Assembly (NCBI GenBank): GCA_035506715.1
Contig: DATJOW010000095.1
Span: forward strand, 5,393 to 69,392
Source: Candidatus Acidiferrum sp.
Lineage (GTDB): Bacteria > Verrucomicrobiota > Verrucomicrobiia > Limisphaerales > UBA11358
Length of the DNA stretch: 64,000 bases
Reading direction: 5' to 3'
Position 1 is the stretch's first letter. Every line of letters starts with the position of its first letter. Shown in pieces: positions 17,276 to 25,093 of the stretch. The notes below the pieces were generated by a model. That model did not search any database, was not told the DNA's origin, and was given only the letters and a program-made list of their open reading frames with translations. The position numbers and the translations under genes were made by a program.

Positions 17276-18652
17276 ATGAAAATCACCAACCTGAATCCGG
17301 ACACGGACATTGGCGCGAGCGCGTGGCTGGTGGAGGTGGACGACCACCGCATTTTGCTCGACGCCGGCATGCACCCGAAGCGGGAGGGGCGGGCCGGCCT
17401 GCCGCTATTCGGCAAGGCGGGGAACGCCGAAGTGGACGCCATCGCGATTTCGCACTGCCACCACGATCACGTCGGGGGGCTGCCGGTGGCCTGCCGCCAT
17501 TTTCCCCGGGCGCACGTGCTGATGACCGAGCTGAGCTATTTCATCGTCGAGCGCGTGCTGCACAATTCGGTGAATGTGATGACCCGCCAGCGGGATGAGC
17601 TGGGCATCCGGGAATATCCGCTTTATTCACATGACGAGGTGGATGACCTCGCTCCCGTGTTTCAGGGCTTCAAATACAATCGTGAAATCGAATGGGCGGC
17701 GTTCCACAAGGCCCGCGCGGGGCAGCCGTCGCCAACGCTCGAGTTTTTCGACGCCGGCCACACGCTGGGCTCGGCGGGCATCCTGATCCGCGGCCGCAAG
17801 GAAACGCTGTTTTACACCGGCGACGTGTGTTTTCACGACCAGACGATTTTGCGGGCGGCGCGGTTTAAGGACGTCAAAGCCGACGTGCTCATCATGGAAA
17901 CGACGCGGGGCAACCGCGCGCTGCCACCGGGCCGTTCGCGGAGCGATGAAATCGAGCGGCTCGCCGCGGCCATTCAACATGCGCTCAAGCGCAAGGGTTG
18001 CGTGCTGATCCCGTCGTTCGCGCTGGGGCGCACCCAGGAAATTTTGGCCCTGCTGGCGCTGCTCATGCGCGCGGGCAAATTGAAGCGGCAGCCGGTTTAC
18101 ATCGGCGGGCTGGGCCGCGTGTTCACGGAAATTTACGATCTGGAAGCGCACCGGACGCACCGGCAGCATCCGCACCTGCAACTGCACGAGGCGTTGGAAC
18201 TCATCGTGCTCGAGCCGGGTCAGGCGGAAAAAATGAAGCTGGGAGGAGGGCGCATTTTCGTGATCACCGCCGGCATGATGAGCGAGAACACCGCCGCGCA
18301 CGACCTGGCCGCGCGCATGATCGGCGATGAACGGCAATCGATCTTCTTTGTCGGTTACGCGGATCCGGAGACGCCAGGCGGACGGTTGAAGGCGGCCCGG
18401 CCGGGGGAAACCTTCCTGTTAAGCCCCAGCGCCGGACGGTTGACGCGCCGGTGCGCGGTGTTGGACTTTGATTTGACGGCGCACGCCCACCGCCAGGATT
18501 TGCTGGAGTTCGTGGGGCAGGTTTCCCCCCGCGCCGTCCTGCTGGGCCACGGCGGTGAGGAATCCCGCGCCTGGTTTGTGTCCCAAATCCGCGCCCGCCA
18601 CCCCAAAATCAAGATTCTTCAGCCGCAGCCGGCCAAGGCCCTTTCGGTATAA
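17276..18652 (+). CDS. MBL-fold metallo-hydrolase of the beta-CASP (RNA-metabolising) type
   Basis: HCHHDHVGGLP (HxHxDH) and later beta-CASP-like segments (LIMETTRGN, GRTQEIL, LGHGGEE). The in-frame ATG at 17276 is preferred over the long upstream extension from 16850. Confidence 0.8.
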   Translation: MKITNLNPDTDIGASAWLVEVDDHRILLDAGMHPKREGRAGLPLFGKAGNAEVDAIAISHCHHDHVGGLPVACRHFPRAHVLMTELSYFIVERVLHNSVNVMTRQRDELGIREYPLYSHDEVDDLAPVFQGFKYNREIEWAAFHKARAGQPSPTLEFFDAGHTLGSAGILIRGRKETLFYTGDVCFHDQTILRAARFKDVKADVLIMETTRGNRALPPGRSRSDEIERLAAAIQHALKRKGCVLIPSFALGRTQEILALLALLMRAGKLKRQPVYIGGLGRVFTEIYDLEAHRTHRQHPHLQLHEALELIVLEPGQAEKMKLGGGRIFVITAGMMSENTAAHDLAARMIGDERQSIFFVGYADPETPGGRLKAARPGETFLLSPSAGRLTRRCAVLDFDLTAHAHRQDLLEFVGQVSPRAVLLGHGGEESRAWFVSQIRARHPKIKILQPQPAKALSV

Positions 18653-18659
18653 ACAGAAA

Positions 18660-18690
18660 ACCGCCGGCCGAGAGACTCTCGGCCGGCGGT
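18660..18690. terminator. Perfect GC-rich hairpin between convergent genes (intrinsic terminator for pilC, possibly bidirectional)
   Basis: ACCGCCGGCCGAGAG-A-CTCTCGGCCGGCGGT. On the minus strand it is followed by TTTTCTGTTT. Confidence 0.7.
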
Positions 18691-18708
18691 CGGTTCGCTG
18701 ATATCAGG

Positions 18709-19923
18709 TTAATGCCCGCCGCCGTTGACGATGTTGGCCAGGTTGAAAATCGGCAGGAACATGCAGATGACCATGCCGCCGATGACGATGCCCAGGAACA
18801 CGATCAGCATGGGCTCGAGCAGCGACATGAGGCCGGAGAGGGTCGATTCGATTTCTTCGTCGAGGAAGTTCGAGACGCGCTCCAACATGTTGTCGATGTT
18901 GCCGGTTTGTTCGCCGGCGCTCAACATGCGGATGATCATGCTCGGGAAGATCGGATTCTTGCCCAAGGCCACCGAGATGCCTTCGCCCCGCTCGATGTCG
19001 CTCGAGGCGGTTTTGATGGCCTTTTCCATGATGACGTTGCCGACGGTTTGGGAAACGATCTGGAGCACTTCCAGGATGGGCACGCCGCTGCGGACGAGCG
19101 AGGCCAGCGTGCGGGTGAAACGGACCAGGCAGATTTTATGCGCGATGGGACCAAAAATCGGGAGTTTGATGCGGCGTGAATCCCAAAAGATGCGGCCGGA
19201 CTTGGTCTTGATGAAGGAGAGCCAGCCCCAGACGGCAGCGCCGCCGGCGATGAAAATCAGGAGTAAAAACCGTTTGACTATTTCGCTGAGGTCGATCATG
19301 AACTGCGTCGGGCCGGGCAGGCTGGCGCCGAACCCGGCGTAAACCTCCTTGAAGGTCGGAATGACCTTGACCATGAGAAAGATGGTGATGCCAATGGCTA
19401 CAATGCTGACCGCCGTCGGATACATCAAAGCCGTCTTGACCTTTTTGCGAAGGCGCTCGGCGTTTTCCAGATACGTCGCCAGGCGCGAGAGGATTTCGGC
19501 GAGCAAACCGCCTTTTTCGCCCGCGGACACCATGGAATAATAGAGGCGACTGAAGGTCTTGGGATGCTTCTGCAGGGCCTCGGAAAAACTCTCGCCGCTT
19601 TCCACGCGGGTGCAGACGTCCCGGATCACGTCGCGCATGACCTTGTTGGCCGTCTGGTCCGCGAGGGCCTGCAGCGCCTGCACGATGGCGATACCGGCCT
19701 CGATCATGGTGGCCAGTTGGCGCGTGAAAACAACCAGGTCGGCCAACGCCACCGCACCCCCTTTGGTTTTGCCCTTTTTGGAAATTTTTTCCTGGATGGA
19801 CACCACCAGCAGATTGCGGTTCAGCAGCGCGGCAATGGCGGCCTGCTCCGTTGCGGCTTCGACCGAACTGCTAATTTCCCGGCCGGTGGCCGTTTCCCGG
19901 GCGATGTAGGCAAATGATGGCAT
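18709..19923 (-). CDS. Type II secretion / type IV pilus platform protein (GspF/PilC family)
   Basis: 404 aa from the ATG at 19923 (MPSFAYIARE...). Two T2SSF repeats are present (LATMIEAGIAIVQAL...; LASLVRSGVPILEVL...), and the protein has the typical three-TM architecture. Confidence 0.85.
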   Translation of the reverse strand: MPSFAYIARETATGREISSSVEAATEQAAIAALLNRNLLVVSIQEKISKKGKTKGGAVALADLVVFTRQLATMIEAGIAIVQALQALADQTANKVMRDVIRDVCTRVESGESFSEALQKHPKTFSRLYYSMVSAGEKGGLLAEILSRLATYLENAERLRKKVKTALMYPTAVSIVAIGITIFLMVKVIPTFKEVYAGFGASLPGPTQFMIDLSEIVKRFLLLIFIAGGAAVWGWLSFIKTKSGRIFWDSRRIKLPIFGPIAHKICLVRFTRTLASLVRSGVPILEVLQIVSQTVGNVIMEKAIKTASSDIERGEGISVALGKNPIFPSMIIRMLSAGEQTGNIDNMLERVSNFLDEEIESTLSGLMSLLEPMLIVFLGIVIGGMVICMFLPIFNLANIVNGGGH

Positions 19924-20323
19924 AATGTTGCTTGGCAATAACTCGCGTTTTAAATGTCCTGCCCCGATGGCAATCTTGCCCCGGGCCTTTGCCGTCCGAG
20001 AAAGCACGATTTGTTCCAATTGGCAGCCTGGGTCGCCCAACCGGCGGTATCCCTAACACTCCTTCCGGCTTGACTTTACGCGTCCGGGCCTCGTTCGGAT
20101 TCGAGCAAAACGCGGCTGCAACGCGTATTTTTGATGCAACATGTTGGTTTCAAGCAGGTTGTGGTTGTTTGTTTCCCTAAAAAATTTGTTGTCAATTTTA
20201 TAGAATTCCCTTATTTTCGTGGCAATTGCACCTTTGGGTGCCGGGGTAAACCGTTTTTTTGCCCCGTGTGTGCGCAGGCACAAAAGAGAGAAAACATTAA
20301 ACAAACAACATCGGAGGAACCAG

Positions 20324-21565
20324 ATGAAGTTTAATAAATGGACATTAGGTCTGGCGGCGCTAGGGGTGGTCAGTCTTGCCTCGGCGGCTCGCGCAGACGA
20401 AGCAAAAATGAGCCAGGTGCAAACCGCGCTCTCCAACACCACGCTGAGTGGTTATGTTGACACCTCAATCAATTGGAACCCATCCGGCGGTGGCAGCATC
20501 GCGCCCGTTGCGTTCCAAGGCATATCCAGCAGCCCCAAAGCCAACGGATTCAACCTGAACGTGATTGACCTCGCTCTGGACAAACCTGAAGACGAAGGTC
20601 CTTGGGCCTCGGGTTATCACGTTGAACTGTGGGTGGGGCCGGATGCCGACACCTTGGGCACCCAATCATCAGGCGGGTCGACGAGCGATTTTGCCATCCG
20701 CCAAGCCTACATTACGCTGCGCACTCCGGTGGGCAATGGCATTGACTGGAAAGTTGGCGTCTTCGACACCATCATCGGTTACGAATCCACCAGCTCGCCG
20801 CTGAATCCGAATTACACCCACTCCTACGGCTACTCCATGGAACCGACCACCCACACCGGCTTGTTGGCGACGTACCGGTTCTGCGATGCGCTGTCGGTGA
20901 CCGCCGGCATGGCGGACAGCAAGGGGCCGGTGGTCAACGACCGCACTCCTCAAACCACTGCCCCGGTCGCGGCCGATACATTCCTGGCGTACATGGGTTC
21001 CGTCTCGCTGACTGCTCCGGACAGCTGGGGCTGGGCCAAGGGTGCGACCTTGTCCGTCGGCGTGGTCACGGGCGACGGCAGCAACGGTGCCTATGGCAAC
21101 GACGCCACGACCAGTTGGTACGTGGGCGGCGTTCTGCCGACTCCCAATTCCAACCTCAAGCTGGGCGCCTCGTTCGATTACCTGACCGACTATAACCATC
21201 CGGGCTTCCCGGGTTACGGCACGAGTGCCGGCGGTCCGGGAACTGGCCCCGGCGGCAATCCGTGGGCGTTGGCGGTTTACGCCAATTTCCAGGCGACTCA
21301 GAAAATGTCGCTCAACGGCCGCTTTGAATGGGCCAAGAGCTATCTCTCGACGGTCGCCGGATTCAACAACCTGTCGTCGCAGCAGAATGCCATTGCCTTC
21401 ACTGGCACCATCCAGTACGACCTCTGGGCCAACGTGCTGACGCGGCTGGAATTCCGCTGGGATCACGCCAGCACCGGCATTTATGGCGGCAGCCTCAATG
21501 GCAGCAAAACGCCTGGGGAAGAGAACGCCATCATGGTGGCGCTGCAGGCCATTTATAAGTTCTAA
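20324..21565 (+). CDS. Outer-membrane porin-like beta-barrel protein
   Basis: Signal peptide MKFNKWTLGLAALGVVSLASAARA. GGAGGA lies 6 nt upstream of the ATG. Alternating beta-strand pattern. C-terminal ...ALQAIYKF with a terminal Phe. Confidence 0.7.
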   Translation: MKFNKWTLGLAALGVVSLASAARADEAKMSQVQTALSNTTLSGYVDTSINWNPSGGGSIAPVAFQGISSSPKANGFNLNVIDLALDKPEDEGPWASGYHVELWVGPDADTLGTQSSGGSTSDFAIRQAYITLRTPVGNGIDWKVGVFDTIIGYESTSSPLNPNYTHSYGYSMEPTTHTGLLATYRFCDALSVTAGMADSKGPVVNDRTPQTTAPVAADTFLAYMGSVSLTAPDSWGWAKGATLSVGVVTGDGSNGAYGNDATTSWYVGGVLPTPNSNLKLGASFDYLTDYNHPGFPGYGTSAGGPGTGPGGNPWALAVYANFQATQKMSLNGRFEWAKSYLSTVAGFNNLSSQQNAIAFTGTIQYDLWANVLTRLEFRWDHASTGIYGGSLNGSKTPGEENAIMVALQAIYKF

Positions 21566-21588
21566 TCTGGGCCAAGACCAAACGACCA

Positions 21589-21620
21589 CCCCCTTCCGCT
21601 AAAATCGGGAGGGGGTTTTT
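21589..21620 (+). terminator. Rho-independent terminator of the porin gene
   Basis: CCCCCTTCCG-ctaaaat-CGGGAGGGGG followed by TTTTT. Confidence 0.75.
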
Positions 21621-21715
21621 ATTTGCATTTACGATTTACGATTTACGATTTACGATTGCTCCGGGGCTCCGAAACGGTGGGAAAATCACAAATCATCAAT
21701 CGTAAATCATAAATG
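21621..21715 (+). repeat. Heptamer-array element: (ATTTACG)x4-ATTGC, 22-nt spacer, inverted array GGAAAAT CACAAAT CATCAAT CGTAAAT CATAAAT
   Basis: Read directly. The last unit plus G forms TAAATG, which contains the metF start (21713). It is homologous to the element at 36343..36419. Confidence 0.8.
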
Positions 21716-22606
21716 CCCGTTCATTTCATTCGCGACATTTACGCAGCCAAAGGGGCGGCCAAACAGCCGGTCATCTCTTTTGAATTTTTCCCTCCTAAAA
21801 CAGAGGAAGGGGACCGCGCCCTGCTGGAACGCCAGGTCCCGGCCCTGTTGGCGGCCCGGCCGGATTTTTGTTCCGTCACCTACGGCGCCGGCGGCAGCAC
21901 GCGCGACAAGACGCTGATGATTGTGGACCGCATTCAGCGGCAATACGGGTTGACGACGCTGGCGCATCTGACCTGTGTGGGCCACACCCGGGCGCAGGTG
22001 CAGGAGCTCCTGGAGAAAATCCGTGGGTTGGGCTGTAAAAATATCCTGGCCTTGCGCGGCGATCCTCCGGCGGGCGGCGTTTTTCAGCCGGCTCCCGGCG
22101 GTTTCGAATTCGCCGGGCAACTGGTCCGGCTCATCCGTGACGCGGGTGACTTCTCCATCGGGGTCGCCGGCTTTCCCGAGGGGCACCTTGCCTGTCCGGA
22201 CGGCAAGCAGGCCGACTGGTGGCACTTGCGCGAAAAGGTGGAGGCTGGCGCGGACTTTGTGCTGACCCAGCTGTTCTTTGACAACGCGGATTATTTTGAA
22301 TTTCGGGAGTACGTTGGCGGCCGCCTGGGGGTCCGCGTGCCATTGGTCCCGGGAATTGTGCCCATCCTGAGCGCCGGCCAAATCACAAAATTCATCCAGG
22401 TCTGTGGCGCCAAAATCCCGCCGCCGCTGCGCACCCGGCTTGATCAATTGGCGGAGGACGATGAGGCCGCCGCTGAATTTGGCATCGAGTACGCCACCCG
22501 CCAGTGCCAGGATTTGTTGCGGGCAGGCGTGCCCGGGTTGCATTTTTACACGCTGAACAAATCGCGGTCCACCGTCCAGGTGCTGAAGAACCTCGGTCTG
22601 GCCTGA
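21713..22606 (+). CDS. metF: 5,10-methylenetetrahydrofolate reductase MetF
   Basis: ISFEFFPPKT, VTYGAGGSTR, LTCVGH, TQLFFD motifs. 297 aa. Confidence 0.9.
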   Translation: MPVHFIRDIYAAKGAAKQPVISFEFFPPKTEEGDRALLERQVPALLAARPDFCSVTYGAGGSTRDKTLMIVDRIQRQYGLTTLAHLTCVGHTRAQVQELLEKIRGLGCKNILALRGDPPAGGVFQPAPGGFEFAGQLVRLIRDAGDFSIGVAGFPEGHLACPDGKQADWWHLREKVEAGADFVLTQLFFDNADYFEFREYVGGRLGVRVPLVPGIVPILSAGQITKFIQVCGAKIPPPLRTRLDQLAEDDEAAAEFGIEYATRQCQDLLRAGVPGLHFYTLNKSRSTVQVLKNLGLA

Positions 22607-22629
22607 ACCCGGCCACCCCGCTCCGCGCG

Positions 22630-23598
22630 CTACAAGCCCAGGTTGTTGGCCATGATGCCAATGACGGTTAACGGCCCCTGGTCCTCCAAGCTGTCGGCCG
22701 CCTTGTCCACCTTCTGCAGGGTGAGTTTGGCGTTTTTATAAAATTCCTGGTCGTTGACGAGCTTGCCGATGGTGCCCTCGCCGTGGTTGACCTTCAGCAA
22801 TATCTGCTCCAGGTTGGTCATCGAGGCCGTGGTGGCGTTGTAAAGCGTCGGGTCGGTCACCAGTTTGCCGATCGTGCCCTGGCCATTGGTGATTCCGCTG
22901 ACGACGCCCCGCACTTCGGCGACGGTGTCTTGCAGGTTGGTGACGGTGACCAGCGCGGTATTGTAAAGGGCATCCGAGTAGATCAATTTGCCCACCGTGC
23001 CCTGGCCGCTGGCAATCTGGCCGGAAATGTTTTCGATGTTGGAGATGGCCCCCCCGATGTGGCCGCTGTTTTGTTTGACGAAATCCACCAGCGGCCCCAT
23101 CAGGTTGTTGATGGTGTCGGGGGTGAAACTCTTGGTGAGATTTTGGATGCCGGTCGTGGCCCCATCCAGCTTGGTCATGATGGCGTTGAGGTCTGGCTGC
23201 TCCTCCGTCACCAGCACCATGCCGTCGGTCGCGCGCGGCGCCTCCGGCGAGCCAAAATCAACCGCGACAAAGTTCTGCCCCATCAGGCCGGCGAATTTCA
23301 CGACCGCCTTGCTGTCCGTTTTAACGATGGCGTCCTTTCGAAGTTTCATCGTCACCTTGACCTTGTTGCCGGCGAGTTCGATTTTTTCGACCCGGCCGAT
23401 TTCGACGCCGGCCATCTTCACGGCGTTACCCAACTTGAGATCCTGCACGGTGTCGAACAGAGCGCCGAGCCGGTACCCTCCCCGGAACGATTCGACGCCG
23501 CCGAGGGTTTCGGTTATCACCCAGGCGGCAAATACGGCCAGCACCACAAAGTAGCCCAGCCGGGTTTCAAGTGAATGTTTTGTAGTCATAAATATCAA
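22630..23598 (-). CDS. mlaD: MCE/MlaD-family substrate-binding protein with a C-terminal repeat extension
   Basis: N-terminal TM plus MCE domain (VKMAGVEIGRVEKIEL). C-terminal repeats GQGTVGKL / GQGTIGKLV / GEGTIGKLV. Confidence 0.8.
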   Translation of the reverse strand: MIFMTTKHSLETRLGYFVVLAVFAAWVITETLGGVESFRGGYRLGALFDTVQDLKLGNAVKMAGVEIGRVEKIELAGNKVKVTMKLRKDAIVKTDSKAVVKFAGLMGQNFVAVDFGSPEAPRATDGMVLVTEEQPDLNAIMTKLDGATTGIQNLTKSFTPDTINNLMGPLVDFVKQNSGHIGGAISNIENISGQIASGQGTVGKLIYSDALYNTALVTVTNLQDTVAEVRGVVSGITNGQGTIGKLVTDPTLYNATTASMTNLEQILLKVNHGEGTIGKLVNDQEFYKNAKLTLQKVDKAADSLEDQGPLTVIGIMANNLGL

Positions 23599-24356
23599 GC
23601 TTCGCGTTTAAAGTCGGCATGCAGGAAGGTCTGCACCAGGGGGTCGGGATGGCGCTTCACCTCGTCCGGCGTGCCGATCGTGAGAATCCGGCCTTCGTTG
23701 ATGACGGCGATCCGGTCGGCCACCCCAAACGCCAGGTCGCGGTCGTGCGACACCACGAGCGAGGTGACGTGAATGCGCTGTTGGAGCTGCAAAATTTCCT
23801 CGCCGATCACCACCGACGAAAGCGGATCGAGCTCGCTCGTGGGTTCGTCGTAAAGAATCAACTGCGGCTCGATGACCAGCGCCCGGGCGATGGCGGCACG
23901 CTTCTTCATGCCCCCCGAAAGCTCGGCGGGCATTTTTGCCTCCGTCCCCTTGAGGCCGACGTCTTCAAGCTTTTCGGCGACGATCCGCGTTATTTCTTCC
24001 GGCGGCTTCAGACGGTGCTCGCTGAGGTACAACCCGACGTTCTCCCCGACGGTCAATGAGTTCAGCAGGGCGCCGGACTGGAAGACCATGGCCAACCGGT
24101 ACTGATTGGCCACTTCCGAGGACTGGATGGATTGGCCGTTGACAAGAATTTCGCCGGCATCGGGCGGCTCCAGCCCGATCAGGTGCCGGAGCAGCACGCT
24201 TTTGCCGCTGCCGCTGGGTCCCATGATGACAAAGATTTCACCCGGCTGGACCTCGAAATCGATGCCGTTGAGCACGGGTTGCTTGCCGAAGCTTTTATGC
24301 AGCCCTCGCACTTGCAGGCTGACCCCGGTTTGTGGTTTGGCAGTGGCGTCCGTCAT
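23595..24356 (-). CDS. mlaF: ABC transporter ATP-binding protein (MlaF-like)
   Basis: Walker A GPSGSGKS, signature LSGGMKKR, Walker B LILYDEPTS. 4-nt overlaps with both neighbours. Confidence 0.85.
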   Translation of the reverse strand: MTDATAKPQTGVSLQVRGLHKSFGKQPVLNGIDFEVQPGEIFVIMGPSGSGKSVLLRHLIGLEPPDAGEILVNGQSIQSSEVANQYRLAMVFQSGALLNSLTVGENVGLYLSEHRLKPPEEITRIVAEKLEDVGLKGTEAKMPAELSGGMKKRAAIARALVIEPQLILYDEPTSELDPLSSVVIGEEILQLQQRIHVTSLVVSHDRDLAFGVADRIAVINEGRILTIGTPDEVKRHPDPLVQTFLHADFKREA

Positions 24357-25090
24357 TTCAAGAGCACGCGGGTCAACACGTAGTCAAATATCACAATCAA
24401 CACGATGGAATTGACGACGGCCTTGGTCACCGAGCGGCCGATGCCGCGCGGACCGCCGATGGTCGCCAGGCCCTGATGGCAGGAGACCACCCCGATGATC
24501 AAGGCGAAACAAAAGCTTTTGAACACGCCGTTGACCACGTCCTTCACTTCCACCACGTCCCGCAAATTGGCCCAGTAAGCCTGGAACGGAATGGCAATGT
24601 GGCTGTTGGTCTTGGCCACGATCGCGCCGCCCAGCCAGCCGACCAAAATGGCGAACGTCACCAGCATCGGCAACGCCACGGCGATGGCGAGGAGCCGCGG
24701 CAGGACCAGATAGTGAACCGGATTGATGTTCATGGTCCGCAATGCATCCACCTCCTGGTAAACGCGCATGGACCCGATTTCCGCCGCCATGGCCGAGCCA
24801 ATCCGCCCCGCGATCAGGATGGCCATCATCACCGGCGCCAGTTCCTTGGCCATGGAAATTCCGACGATGCCGCCCACGGCGCCGGCCAGGCCGCGCTCGA
24901 CCAGCACCGGGCCGGTTTGCAGGGCAATGACCGCACCGATGAAGAACGACAGCACGCAGACCATCAGCAAACTGGCGTTGCCGATTTCGAAAAACTGGTC
25001 AAAAACCTTCTGCCGTTGCCGCCACGCCAGCGGCAGAGACAACAGGGTGCGCCAAAAGAGCAGGACGATTTCGCCAATGTTCTCAAACAT
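24353..25090 (-). CDS. mlaE: ABC transporter permease (MlaE-like)
   Basis: 245 aa, 5-6 TM segments. ...SMAKELAPVMMAILIAGRIGSAMAAEIGSMRVYQEVDALRTM... is the MlaE signature region. Confidence 0.85.
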   Translation of the reverse strand: MFENIGEIVLLFWRTLLSLPLAWRQRQKVFDQFFEIGNASLLMVCVLSFFIGAVIALQTGPVLVERGLAGAVGGIVGISMAKELAPVMMAILIAGRIGSAMAAEIGSMRVYQEVDALRTMNINPVHYLVLPRLLAIAVALPMLVTFAILVGWLGGAIVAKTNSHIAIPFQAYWANLRDVVEVKDVVNGVFKSFCFALIIGVVSCHQGLATIGGPRGIGRSVTKAVVNSIVLIVIFDYVLTRVLLK

Positions 25091-25093
25091 AAT

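Noticed and set aside
20189-20217. Sigma-70-like promoter TTGTCA-N17-TATTTT upstream of the porin gene, and a TATAAT box at 10089-10094 upstream of the pseudopilin
   Set aside because: Both are plausible by eye, but PVC promoter consensus is poorly defined and there is no supporting evidence. Not reported as features.
21621-21715. Whether the short tandem arrays could be a CRISPR array
   Set aside because: The units are 7 nt with no unique spacers, there are only 3-5 copies, and no cas genes are present. They are microsatellite/STRR-like, not CRISPR.
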